Origin: Squalus acanthias
Taxonomy: Eukaryota
Reading direction: 5' to 3'
DNA length: 64,000 nucleotides
Assembly: GCA_030390025.1 (NCBI GenBank)
Contig: CM059433.1
Span: 15,254,001-15,318,000 of the forward strand
Both the position numbers and the translations under genes were made by a program. Below the pieces are notes generated by a model. That model made no database searches, was not told the DNA's origin, and saw nothing but the letters and a program-made list of their open reading frames with translations. This document shows, piece by piece, positions 29,076 to 40,897 of the stretch (position 1 is the stretch's first letter; the number at the start of each line of letters is the position of its first letter).

Positions 29076-30882
29076 ACATGTACATTATTTAACGAGTGAT
29101 TTTATAAAATTAGATTACAATGTCTTGTTCTGGTGTTTTTTGTGTTGTCTGAAAGAGGACAATGTGATGGTCAGTGATAGAAGAAAGGTAAGGAGTGCGG
29201 GACTGTTGTTGAATGGGTTGTTGTGGTTGAGCTTCCTGGCATCGCTCTTGGATAATCGAATCACCTAGGTCCCTGGCAGAAAGGGATTGTCTACGTTGTT
29301 GCCTCCCTTCCTCTTCCTCCACTTCCTCTTGCACTTCCTCCTCCTCCTCGTGCTGCTGCTCCTTAGCTTCTCGCCTGAAATACGGTGGTGGCGAGAGCTC
29401 GTTCCCTCACACTGGCCAGGTTGTGCAGCCTGCAGCATTCCACCACAAATCTTAATACCCGCTCAGCTGAGTACTTCGGGGCTCCTCCAGAGACGCCCAG
29501 GCAGCGGAAGCGTTGCTTGAGGATGCCGATGTTGTGCTCTATCATGTTCCTTGTGGCAGCATAGCTCTCATTGTAGGCCCACTGTGCTCGTGTGAGTGGG
29601 TTCCCGACTGGAGTCATGAGCCATGTCATGAAGGGATAACCTTTGTCGCCCAGTAGCCAGACTTTGGCTTGCAGTGCTAATTCAAATACTGGTGGCACAG
29701 AAGACTGCCGCAGAATAAAGAAATCGTGACTGCTGCCAGGATAACTCTGCGCTGATGATGCGCTGCCTGTGGTCATACACCAGCTGCACACAAATAGAGT
29801 GGAATCTCTTTTGGTAATGTAAATGGGCGAGTTCAGATGAGGAGCACAAAGGCAATGAGCGTGCAATCAATGGCATCCTGCATCATGGGGAAGCCTGCAA
29901 TCCGAGCAATCCCTCCTGCTCGCTCCGCCTGCTTGTCTTTGGCAAGAGGGAATGAGATGAAGCTGTCTCTTTCATGTATAGAGAGCCTCAGTGACCCCCC
30001 TTATGCAGCAGTGTACTGCAAACTGTGAGATGTTATGTCTCCAGCAGCTGCCTGGAAAGAGCCAGATGCATAAAAGTTAAAAGACCCACGGTCACCTTGA
30101 CAACCACAGGAAATGCGATCCTTGCCCTGCTTTGAGGTTGCAGTTGTGGCTGCAGCAGTCGGCAGATTTCAGTCACAACCTCTTTCGTGAAGTGAGGACT
30201 TCTCATGCATTGGTCCTCGCTGAAGTTGTGGTAAGAGAATTGCTCCCTGAAGACACTCGGCAGATATGGCCTCTTGCTGAGAGCCCTTCGCCCCCTCCTC
30301 CTCCTCCCTCTTGCCCTGCTCTGTGCGGCCTCTCTTCATTCTCCCAATTGTGCTCAATTCCAAGAAGAAGCCCTACCAGGCTACCCATGTCTAGAAGCAG
30401 GTTTTTTCAGTACAAGCTTTTAAATGAGCAAAAAAGTACTTTAGCACCAGCCAGAGCACTCCTTGTAGAGTATTCAAACTTTAGCCAAGTATAGGAAACC
30501 TCCAAAAACACATACAATTGCACCAGCAGCCAAAAGAAATAATCCAGCAACTAACCTGTAAGTGGTTCATAATCCCTTTAAATAGCACTGGTGGGGCATC
30601 CTTCATTCCATTTAACGTTGTGTTCAGCTGTGTGCGGTCGGCCGGAGTGTGGAGATGAAAAATGGCAACGGTGGCTTCAAATCAGCGTTGCACATGGATT
30701 TGCGTCATCACCTTGCCGCTCTACATGCTGCTAGCAGGTTGTTAGGCGCAAGCACCCAAACCCCTTTACCAAGATGGCGTCTTGCACACTTCCCGTCGGA
30801 CGTGCCTTGGACCCCAATTTTGAGCCTTTTTTGGCTGCGTAGTGCCTAAAAAATAGGTGTCACATGGCCCAATCTAGCCCCC
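29076..30882 (-). mobile_element. Truncated PIF/Harbinger DNA transposon (transposase end only)
   Basis: Decayed transposase on the minus strand; TIR-like AATCTAGCCCC at ~30871-30882. The Myb gene and the other TIR are absent; the satellite occupies their place. Confidence 0.8.
29236..30388 (-). pseudogene. HARBI1-like DDE transposase, frameshifted
   Basis: Motifs [41 protein letters not shown] and an acidic tail (ORFs 29363-29866, 29682-29876, 29110-29334). Putative ATG at 30388. 3' end approximate. Confidence 0.88.
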
Positions 30883-31216
30883 TATCTCCCTTAAATATAT
30901 AAGTCTCAGAAATGGTTACAGAATGTTGTAATTCTTTTTCACTCACCAATGGATGCCATGTTTGGTATCAGGTGGTTTATTTGGAGGCAGACAAGGAGCA
31001 ACAACCACAAGCTCCCTTGACAGCTGCTAAAGATATTCACCTGGCTCTCTCCAGTGCCACCATTAACTACTTCAATAGCAAATAGAATGAATCCTCCTTC
31101 CAGCTTTTCATATCCTGAAGGGTGAAATTGGTATTGGGCGGAAGCGCAAAATGGGCAATAGTGAATCAGCAGCGTGTCCGGTTTTCTTTTCCATTGATGT
31201 CATTGATGCTATTGAG

Positions 31217-31515
31217 ATATCTGCGCTCCTCCAATTCTGGCCTCTTGCGCATCCTTAATTTTAATCGCTCCGCCATTGATGGCCGTGCCTTCAGCTGCCT
31301 AGGCCCTAAGGTCTGGAATTCCTCCCTAAACCTCCCTACCTCTCTTTCCTCCTTTAAGACACTCCTGAAAGCCTACCTCTTTGTTCAAGTTTTTGGTCAC
31401 CTGCCCTAATATCTCCTCGTGTAGCTCGGTGTTTGATAACGCTCCTGTGAAGCGCCTTGGGACGTTTTACTCCATTAAAGGCGCTATATAAATGTAATTT
31501 ATTATCGTTGTTGTC
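31217..31515 (+). mobile_element. L2-clade LINE 3' fragment
   Basis: ORF2 C-terminal motif GRAFSCLGPKVWNS..SLSSFKTLLKAYLF, followed by an L2-type 3' UTR (TGTGAAGCGCCTTGGG...GGCGCTATATAAATG). Confidence 0.75.
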
Positions 31516-32424
31516 TTGCTATTGTTTCGTGTTACTGTCCAAGAGCAATTTCACCTCCATCCCACAATCAATACAAAGGGAATCACCCCAGAGAGCAGCT
31601 CGCTCTCTCCTCCTTTTCCCAAATTGTTGTGTACACACCCACACTTGTTTTCCCTGTTCATCAATAGTAAAAAGCCAAATGGAACAATGGCTTCCAAGAG
31701 TGACTCATTCCAATCTGGTGGGTATGTGAGGGTTTGCTCTATCACCAGGTTGCTTCCCTCTTACCCAGTTTGTTGCTGGCTGGCATCGTGGGTGAGCAGC
31801 TACCTATCCGACTGCTCCTTCTCAACGGACTCCCACTAACAGGAGACTGCAAGAGGGCGGGAAGCTGTATCTCCAGCACATGGTGCTGGGGAACAAGATG
31901 CCAGAATTAATCATCCCTGTGACTTTTAAACAGTCGACAGGGACTGTGAATGCCTCTGCAGTAATTTATATAGAAAAATTACATTTCATGTGCCATTTAC
32001 TGGTAGTCCAATTATAGATCAAATTTTATCTGGTAATATTTTGAAACAGTTATTATAACTGTCTCCACACGAAGCTTATAATTATGCAAAATTATGTAAA
32101 TTTCAGTAACTTTAATTAAGTAAGAAGGATGTTAAATTAACATGTACATTGAAACTTGCCAGTCAAACTATTTAATTCTGAAGATCATGCATGTGGCATA
32201 CTTTTCCACCTTATTTGCATATTCTTCCTTCGAAGATAAGATGTATAATAACACCAGCAGAGTCATTATTACACATACTGTAGTCCATTGTACTCTAGCT
32301 TCAGTTTAGCGATTTTCATACATGGTTGTCTTCCAGTCATATTCTAGTAGCTGCATAGTTTAAATTCTGGTCGCACCAGATTGTTCATGTATTCTGAATA
32401 GTGACATGGCCATGGCCATTGGAC

Positions 32425-32560
32425 TCTGAGGGAATCAAGGGATATGGGGATCAGGTCGGAAACTGGAACTGAGGACGAAGATCAGCCATGATATTATTGA
32501 AAAGGCAGAGCAGGCTCGAGGGGCCATATGGCCTACTCCTGCTCCTAATTCTTATGTTTT
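32425..32560 (+). mobile_element. CR1/HER1 LINE 3' tail fragment
   Basis: GATCAGCCATGAT...GCAGGCTCGAGGGGCC..TGGCCTACTCCTGCTCCTA, matching the CR1 3' end at 59860-59990. Confidence 0.75.
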
Positions 32561-33186
32561 CACATGTGCACCGACTATGCAAACACTTTTGGCACAGTAT
32601 CGGTAAATTTAAAAGGGTACACTTACACCGTTTCTATAACAAAATGTTTTTTTAAAACTATGCTCCAGTCTGGCCATGATTGAGGGTCCAATCCAAAATA
32701 TTCACCTCACTTTCTCATTCAGAGAGTGACCCGCTGTGCATGTCCAGTACTTTCTGATTTTAATTCATATTTCCATTATTCACCGTTTTTCCATCCTTTT
32801 TCTGTACTCTTGACTTCCATAACCTCATCCTGCGGCTTAAGTGTCTCGTGCCCAATCTCCATCCATGTTGGCACGCTCCTCACCTCAATGAAGTGCTACT
32901 GACTTTCAGTAACTTAAGCTCATCTCACCTCAACTGAAATGCATTCTAATTTATTCTGTTTATTATATTCAAGTTTATTCATTCATCTTTTCCCTCCAGA
33001 AATCGCATTTTTAAGATTAATTTTGAATAATTGACATGCATGTTTTCTACTGAGATAGCACAAACCTTTTAGCTGTTAGCGACTAATCCTATCAATGGAG
33101 ATATCTGATGATTTCCCTCACCCCTTACTTATTTTCCTTGCAATTTTCTCCTCTTTACCCCCTCCCTTGAAGTTGATGGCTCATTT

Positions 33187-33611
33187 GGGCAACACGGTGG
33201 CATAGTGGTTAGCACTGGTGCCTCACAGCGCCAGAGACCCGGGTTCGAATCTGACCTCGGGTGACTGTCTGTGTGGAGTTTGCACATTCTCCCCGTGTCT
33301 GCGTGGGTTTCCTCCGGGTGCTCCGGTTTCCTCCCACAGTCCAAAAATGTGTGGGTTAGGTTGATTTGGCTATGATAAATTGACCCTTAGTGTTAGGGGG
33401 GATTAAATATGTGGGGTTATGGGGATAGGATGGGATATGTTAGGGGGAATTAAATACGTGGGGTTACGGGGGTAGGGTGGGATATGTGTACTGTGGGGAT
33501 TAAAGCAGGGACAGGGTACTGGATTTGGATGATCAGCCATGATCGTATTGAATGGCGGAGCAGGCTCGACGGGCCGAATGGCCTACTCCTGCTCCTAGAT
33601 TCTATGTTTCA
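33187..33611 (+). mobile_element. HE1-like V-SINE (tRNA head, V domain, CR1/HER1-derived tail)
   Basis: Pol III A box TGGCATAGTGG and B box GGTTCGAATC; V-domain TGTGTGGAGTTTGCACATTCTCCCCGTGTCTGCGTGGGTTTCCTCCGGGTGCTCCGGTTTCCTCCCACA; 3' tail shared with CR1. Confidence 0.85.
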
Positions 33612-34290
33612 TTTCCAGTCCATGGAAGCTGAGCCTGACTGTTTGATTAAGAAGCTGATTGCCGACAATAATTCCCATTTGCCTTAACCTCTTCATTTTA
33701 GTTGCCCCTTGGCCGTTTCCCAACTTGGTTCATATTTTGCTACCATTATTGGCCAAATCAAAATATTGAACATCTCGTCCCTGAGCAACATACCCAGAAG
33801 GTTATTTCTCCAGATTGAAAGGAACTCGCTACAGATGTTCTTACTTCAATAACTTCCCCACAGTCAGTTCCTTTCGGGATTTCACTGCCAAGACAGTTTC
33901 ACTTGCCTGATATTTTTGACATTGCTGCCAAACACCTTTTTTTTTGTTAATTAAGTTAGCTCTCCAGAGCCACTGGCGTACTACCGCACCAAATGCATTT
34001 GCATCTGGTTTTGTTTTATGGTAATAACAGTTCTTGCTGCTATGGTTATTTTAACGGCTCAGTCTCATTTTACAAGACTTTCATTTTTCAGTCTCTATAC
34101 CATTTTAGATATGACTCAAGATGATGTTAATCTGCAGAGGCAGATAAGTGGTAAAGCACGCAATGAATTAAAACAAGCAGCAACGCACTTAAAACAAATT
34201 AAATAGGACTGAAGACTAGAAAAGAGGTACAGCCATGGGAAGTACAGAAAAGGTGGTAAGCTGAACATATTTGCCATTGGAAAAGTCATA

Positions 34291-35053
34291 GGGGGTGAAA
34301 TTCCCATCGTTAACGCCTCTGATGGGAGGCACAAGTGGTCTTTCGCCTTCCCCGAAGCCGCGCTTCCCACGAAATTCCGCGAGAGGTTAGCGGCGGCACT
34401 ACCGGGTGTCGCCCCGATCTTCTGTGCCCGGAGATCATGATAGCATCTCTGGGCGCAGCGCCCCGGTAGCGCCTTGGTGTAAAAATTCCCCCTCGTGCCC
34501 CGCAGCAGCGCCGGGCGATGTTACCGACTGCTGCAGCGGTCGCGAACAGCGAGGCCGGCCGCTCACGGGGCACCATTTAAAGGCGCGGCGGCCGGCCGAC
34601 ATGAAAAAAAATCGGCGATTTAAAAAACAAATTCTGAGCACCGGGCGCGGGCTGAGCGCCGCGATCGGTCAGCCCGGCACTGAGTAGATCGGTCAGCCCG
34701 GCCCCCGGCTGATCGCGCGGCACTCCCGCACCCCGGTGCTCCAGCAGATGGCAAAAATAAATGCAGAGCTCGCAGCGGGGAGCCCTTCCCTTTAATTGAG
34801 GGACGAGCCCCTGCAACGCAGTAGCACCACATGTGGCCACTCGTGGCGCTGCTGAGCACATCGCCCCGGATCGGGACATTCGCCGCCTCTTACGCTCCAA
34901 GAGGCAAGGGGAGCGCTTGATTTAGCGCCCCACTTCCTTCTTGGTGCAAAAAATTTGAATTTCTCAAATGTTTGAAAAGGTTAGCCTAGCACTAACTTTT
35001 CAAACATTTTTGACTTAGCGCCCCAAATGGTCCTCGAGGGGAATTTCTCCCCC
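34291..35053. mobile_element. Non-autonomous Harbinger-type element (MITE)
   Basis: TIRs GGGGGTGAAATTC / GAATTTCTCCCCC, 3-bp TSD ATA/ATA, CpG-rich interior. Confidence 0.85.
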
Positions 35054-35568
35054 ATATAATTTTACATTAATGCATTGTCTTTAGTATTTTACTAGTCACT
35101 GTCAGAATCAATTTATATTGTAATAGTCTTTTTAACCCAAACAGTCTCCATGAGGTTATGAAATAATAAGTGACATTTAAAATGTGCACGATGTCAAAAG
35201 AGCTACATGGCAACTGCCTATAGTACTCCAAGTGTTACATCTACATCACAGAGAAGCATAAAACCCAAATCTACAGGAGCCCATTTATGTTTCTTTGACA
35301 GAGTGGAACAGAGCAGAACAGAGTGGAACAGTCTAATGTCCAAAATGCCAATGTCGGCTGCTCAGTTTAAGGTCGAACCAGATTAGAACAGGTTTCAGTG
35401 GTGTAGATTTACTCTTCATTTATTTATTTTAATTATTGATTGATTTGATTGTTTAATTATTGAGGTGTGGAAAATTATACACACTGTTTCTAGCCAGGAT
35501 ACAAATGAGAATAACACAATATACGTAACATTGCATATTATATGATACTTGAAGGCAAATAAATCAAT

Positions 35569-35926
35569 GGGGTAGAAATTAGTCATCGTTGCACCGGTTT
35601 TCTGGACCAATTTCACAGGGCTAGGCCCTGTGTCTCAAAAACGCCTGAAAAAGGTCCAATGCCATATTGGCCTCGGATGATTTTCAGACATCCAGGGCGG
35701 CCATCTAAAACAGGCCACTTGCTTATGCTAATAAGGGACCCGATGCCTGTTTTAGATCCCCTCCGAGAAATTGGGCTGCCCTAAAGTCCGGGCGTTGGGC
35801 CTGCTCCACTCAGGTTTTCCATGCGTGTATAAGGCCGAGCAAGCAGCCGCTACCAGCAAGGTAGTCATTTTTTTCTTTTAAGATTTATCTGGAGCCAGGA
35901 GGAGCAGGAGTGTCCAATTTCTAGCC
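35569..35926. mobile_element. Degenerate Harbinger-type MITE remnant
   Basis: Starts GGGGTAGAAATT, with an inverted AATTTCTAGCC at ~35916-35926. No clean TSD. Confidence 0.4.
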
Positions 35927-36102
35927 AACCTCGAGCCTCTCGGGTGAGACATGTGCTGCGTGCACAGCATAAACGGGCCCAGACAAATTTTTACCTCCGA
36001 GGGTCTTATGCGTTCACGGGTTGAATAGGGTTACTTGTAGGCCGGGCCAGTGTCGGGGCTTATTAGAGGAAAGAGAGTGAGGTTCTCAATCAACATTTGG
36101 TT

Positions 36103-37170
36103 AAGATGTGGAGATGCCGGTGTTGGACTGGGGTGGACAAAAATGAGAAGTCGCACAGCACCAGGTTATAGTCCAAGGGGTAGAAATTAGGTCGCGCCCC
36201 ATTTGGGGCGCAAATATCGTCTGGACGCAAATATTAGCGCCTGGCGCTAATTATCGGCACTGACTGGAAACTTCACTTTTACCGCCCCGGGAGGTGAGTG
36301 GAGCGCTAAATCAGGCGCTGCACACCTGTCTTAAGGCGCAAAGGCCGAGCAGTGAGGCGCTACCTCAGAGCGCTGGCGAAGCTCATGTAATGTCAGTCAG
36401 CAATGGAACACACACACAATGGCACGGGCCAGTTCTTAAAGGGGATGGTTAATCTTGCTTTCCATCCACATCCTGTTCATTGCAGCCTTGAATCTCGGCC
36501 TGGAGAGACTTGCACATCAAATGTGCTGGAAAGAACAATGGAGAGTACCAGGCAAAGAGCTCAGAGTGCAGCTCCCACAGTCTCTGCTAAATCGATACAA
36601 GGAATGGCAAATCAAAATGAACCTGCAAAGTGCTGCTCAGTACCCAAAACTCCTTCACACAACGTTGAATCTCTCCAGAAGTCTCTCCCTCTCTCTCTCA
36701 GAATGCGTAGTTCAAAAATGCCACCAACAATAAAAGACAGGAAGAGGCCCCCTTTAAATAGCGCCCCCCCCAGCCCCACAGCGATTGATAGCGTTCCAGT
36801 CTTCCGGTCGTTGGAAGCGCCAGGCGGTAAGGCAGGGGGCGCCACTCAATTTCCGCTCCGGGGCGCCACAAGGGCGTTGCACCATGGAATGATGTCACAA
36901 TCTGCGTGCGCAGGTGGTCGCAGCGGTAAGTTTTAGCGCCGCCGCACAATCTCAAGTTAAGTTCTCGAGCGGCGCAAACATCGCTGCGCCCGGGCGTTAG
37001 CGGCTTTGCGCCCCATTAGCGCCCTCTTAAGGCGCTAACGGGAGGCGCAACCAACTGAATTTTTACCCCCAACAATTTTATTTGAAATTACGAGCTTTCG
37101 GAGCGTTGCTCCTTCGTCAGGTACAGTGAGGGAATACAAATCGGTTACAAAGTATATATAGACAGAGAAC
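36103..37170 (-). mobile_element. Penelope-like (pLTR-derived) repeat split by a MITE; carries a hammerhead-like motif
   Basis: GATGTGGAGATGCCGGTGTTGGACTGGGGTGGACA...ATAGTCCAA resumes after the MITE with CAACAATTTTATTTGAAAT. Minus strand reads CTGACGA-AGGAGCAACGCTCC-GAAA at 37096-37120. Boundaries approximate. Confidence 0.55.
36177..37069. mobile_element. Non-autonomous Harbinger-type element
   Basis: TIRs GGGGTAGAAATT / AATTTTTACCCC, 3-bp TSD CAA/CAA. Confidence 0.85.
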
Positions 37171-37550
37171 AATGTGTCTGCAGAGATACAATCCGTCAGG
37201 GAGGCATTACATCAAAGACACAGCAGAGTACAGCTAAGACAATGAGGTGGGGTCACAGGGGGGTCCAACGTGTCAAATGCTGCAGTCTGCAGTTAAGCTT
37301 TTTACTTTTTTTTAAAACTGGAAATCACATCACATGTGCGCGCTTCCAGTCAACTTTTCCCATTAGAAATTCCTATGTTCATATTTATAATGGAAAGTAT
37401 CTATGTAAACCTGTCACACTGCAATTACTTCCACAATTACACCTTCGAGCTCTGGGACCCAAGTTTTTATTCAACACAGACTGAGAAAACACTACTGTCT
37501 TAGCAATCTCACTTTTGTGGGAAACAGAAATATGTCACGCATAAAACATG

Positions 37551-38257
37551 GGCCCGTATTTTCCGATCAGAGGCTTCCTGCGTGCGGAGGCCTCCGATCT
37601 GGAAAAAATCTACGCCCTTACCTGAGGGCTCCGGAGGTCCGGACATTTCCGCTCCTGGGCCTCTGCTGTATGAAATGCGCAGGGCCCAGGTATCCCAGGG
37701 GCGCAGGCGGTTCGCAAGCGCCCCTGGGATCACGTGGGCCATGGGGAACCAATGAAAGAAGGGAATCCCCCTTCATACTCTTGACAGGTCTCTCAGCTTA
37801 GACCCGTCAAAAGTATGAATGGAGATCACTCAAAAAACACATTAAAACATTAAATACATTTTTTTTTAAATCATGTTTTTAAAATTACATTAAATTAAAT
37901 ATTTTAAAGAAAAATGTAATTTTTTGAAAAAAAATTAATTTTTTTACAGGGCTAAAAAGTAAGTTACCTTTTTTAAAAGTATTTTTAAATTATAAATGAG
38001 TGAAAAAAAAAATATTTTTTTACTTTTTTAAGCTCTTATGCTGGTAAAAGCAGGCCTTACGCCAGGCTTTTACCAGGCGTAAGATTTTGAAGTGTTTTCA
38101 GCGGGCGGAGGTTCTGCAGAAAGCGGAACTCTCCCCCCGCAGAGGCCCTTCTCCAGGGCAGGCGTCCGATCTGCCAAGAGCTTTCTTGACAGATCAGAAA
38201 TGCCGGTTTTCAGCGCATGCTGTGTACACACCCGTAAGGCATCGGAAAATACGGGCC
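37551..38257. mobile_element. Non-autonomous Harbinger-type element
   Basis: Perfect 17-bp TIR GGCCCGTATTTTCCGAT / ATCGGAAAATACGGGCC; flanks ATG/GTG (TSD with one mismatch); AT-rich centre. Confidence 0.85.
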
Positions 38258-39189
38258 GTGGTGTTCTTCTGAGGTTGAGCCTGAGGCACATTGTAGAAGA
38301 TAAGTAGAGAGAGTTTTGCTCTGCATTGAACCTTATTCTTCAGCTGGAGTCTTTGTGCCAACACTGGGTGTCCAAAATTGAAGGTGTTCCATTCCCCGGT
38401 ATTTATATCCCTCACCTTGATGAGCGCAGATATTTACAATATAAAAACATAGCTTTTTTAATTTCTGGACCACCTCACTAAATGAAGATAGCTTTCAACA
38501 TTTTTTGTTCATGTTGTCACCATTAATTATCTAGAATTGTACAACTGAACCTTAAATCTGAGAACAAGTTGATTAGACATTTAATTAATCTATTTTACAA
38601 ATCCGTGGTTCCCCTTGAATGAGGCGGTTAGCTCTCAACTGGACATTAAGCTTTGCTTTGAATTCTCACAAAATTACTAAATGCTGTGTTTTACAAGATT
38701 TGTGTCACTTTCTCTCTGTTGCTAGTCCTATGATCAAACTATATGCTCAGTAACATAAATGCTTACTAAACTCAAATGATATACTGTTTAGGAAACAAAA
38801 GCATTGTGTAAATGAGGCATGCTTGCTTTAGTTCCAGTATAGTATATTGTTGAAAAAACAACAGAAAACGCTGGACGTTGAGATGGGTAATATGGTAAGG
38901 CATGTTCCTCAAATCTGGTTTTACTTATTAGCAGTTCTTACAGAACCAAACCTAGAACCAAATCAAATTGAATCTAGCTGCTTTGAAGACATCACATTAG
39001 AATGAAGTGGTCCTGAATTCCCTTGGGGCCTATCGTGTAATTGAAGTGAAAGCTAATGGAGGGAGTAAAAACCATCTGACAATGCAAACCTCCTGTGAGA
39101 GCAGGGGCAGATGGAACTTCAAGAAGGAAGTGAGATCGGGGGTGGAGATGACGTCATTTGCCTGGAACACCCCAGTAGATTGTTGTCTT

Positions 39190-39625
39190 TTTCTTTTATT
39201 CGTTTATGGGATGTGTGCGTCGCTGGCAAGGCCAGCATTTATTGCCCATCCCTAGTTGCCCCAGAGAAGGTGGTGGTGAGCCGCCTTCTTGAACCGCTGC
39301 AGTCCGTGTGGTGAAGGTACTCCCACCGTGCTGTTAGGGAGGGAGTTCCAGGATTTTGACCCTGCAACGATGAAGGAACGCCGATATATTTCCATGTCAG
39401 GATGGTGTGTGACTTGGAGGGGAACTTGGAGGTGGTGGTGTTCCCATGCGCCTGCTGCCCTTGTCCTTCTAGGTGGTAGAGGTCGCGGGCTTCGGAGGTA
39501 CAGCCGAAGAGGCCTTGGCGAGTTGCTGCAGTGCGTCTTGTAGATGGTACACACTGCAGCCACGGTACGCCGATGGTGGAGGGAGTGAATTGATCAGGTG
39601 GTCGATGGGTTTCAAGCAAGCGGGC
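39190..39625 (-). mobile_element. LINE 3' fragment (CR1/L2 group)
   Basis: Minus-strand ORF2 C-terminus SFIVAGSKSWNSLPNSTV...LQRFKKAAHHHL followed by an A-rich tail. Confidence 0.7.
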
Positions 39626-39979
39626 TGAACACCTTAAATTGACCCTCTTGTAAAGGTGGCCAATTTCAGCATCCTCACTACTTTTTAATCGGTCACCTGC
39701 ACACAGCAATCCAGCTCCACATTTGTACTCCCTGCTACGACCACCCCCACCCTTTCCCCCCCGCCTCCAACAATGTGCATACTGAGGAAGATCCCATACT
39801 GGCGCAGACATCTTCCCGATTTATTCAAAGCACCTGAACCCTTTCCTGAACCCAGAACTTTGGCAGGCTAAGGATCTCTTCACATCGCAATTGCATCATA
39901 ACTCCCGCTTAACCACAGTGGCAGAACGGGATCGGGATATCCATGGGCTATGTTTGTATTCCATACAGTCAGGTTTTCA

Positions 39980-40123
39980 AAAGGCAAAATACTGCAGATG
40001 CTGGAAATCTAAAGTATAAACAGAAAATGCTGGAAATACTCAGCAGGTCAGGCAGCATCTGTGGAGAGAGAAACAGAGTAATTTCAGGTCTGTTCTGACG
40101 AAAGGTAACAGACCTGAAACGTT
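39980..40123. mobile_element. Left half of a palindromic Penelope-derived repeat (host site of the MITE and the provirus)
   Basis: GATGCTGGAAATCT...GGCAGCATCTGTGGAGAGAG, then CTGACGAAAGGTAACAGACCTGAAACGTT. Continues at 59134 as the inverted arm. Confidence 0.75.
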
Positions 40124-40892
40124 GGGCAGGATTTTCATGGGGAAGGCTGGTTGGGGGCGGGGGGGGGGCTCCTTTGCAGGGGGGAACCCCGGGAGAACGG
40201 GTTTCCCGCAGGCCCTGCCGACTTTAACGGCAGGGCCTGATTTGCATCTGAAGCCTTTGTTTCCCGCCTGCAGTTAGCCAGATGGAGAGGCTGGCTGGCA
40301 CTGGGCGGGTAGGCCTGCGGCACTAGGCCGCGCAGTGGAGCAAGGGAGAGATTGGACGGGGGCTGGTGCCGGCCTCCAGAGAATCGGGTGGGGTGGGGGG
40401 GAGAAGGAAGATCGGGGCCTCCAGAGGATCGTGGGAGGGAAGAGCAGATCGTGGCTGGCCTCAGGATGATCATTGGGGGGGGTCCGGGAAGGCGATCGGA
40501 GGCCTTGTGGGGGGGGCTCTCTGATCGTGGGGGGCTGGGTTAGGCAGAGACCCTGTATCCAGGAGGTAAGTGTAAAGGCACTCACCTCCTGGATGCAGCA
40601 GTCCTCGCTTTGCTGTAACTGCCGGGTTTTACGAAGTGTGTAAAACCCGACCAGCTAGAGTTAAAAACAAATGGTGGTTAAAGAGGCTTCCAACCTCATT
40701 ATAATATTTAAATTGACGTCCTGCCTCCTGGCAGCAGATTGGCTGCCCGTCCCATCCCGCCCCCGTCCTGCCTCTATTAAAACCGGAAGTGGGAGGGTTG
40801 GAGGCGGGTTCAGGCCTGCGATTCTGATTTCTAACAATTTAACTAACCCCACGCTCCCAACCCACCCATTTTTTCACGTTAAAATTCTCCCC
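40124..40892. mobile_element. Non-autonomous Harbinger-type element
   Basis: TIRs GGGCAGGATTTT / AAAATTCTCCCC, 3-bp TSD GTT/GTT. Confidence 0.8.
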
Positions 40893-40897
40893 GTTAA

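Noticed and set aside
29409..29420. 12-bp inverted match to the satellite (ACACTGGCCAGG) near the junction, as a possible seed
   Set aside because: Short, mostly a palindrome, and part of transposase codons (HNLASV); chance is sufficient.
33187..33260. tRNA gene
   Set aside because: The A/B boxes continue into a V-domain and LINE tail: a SINE head.
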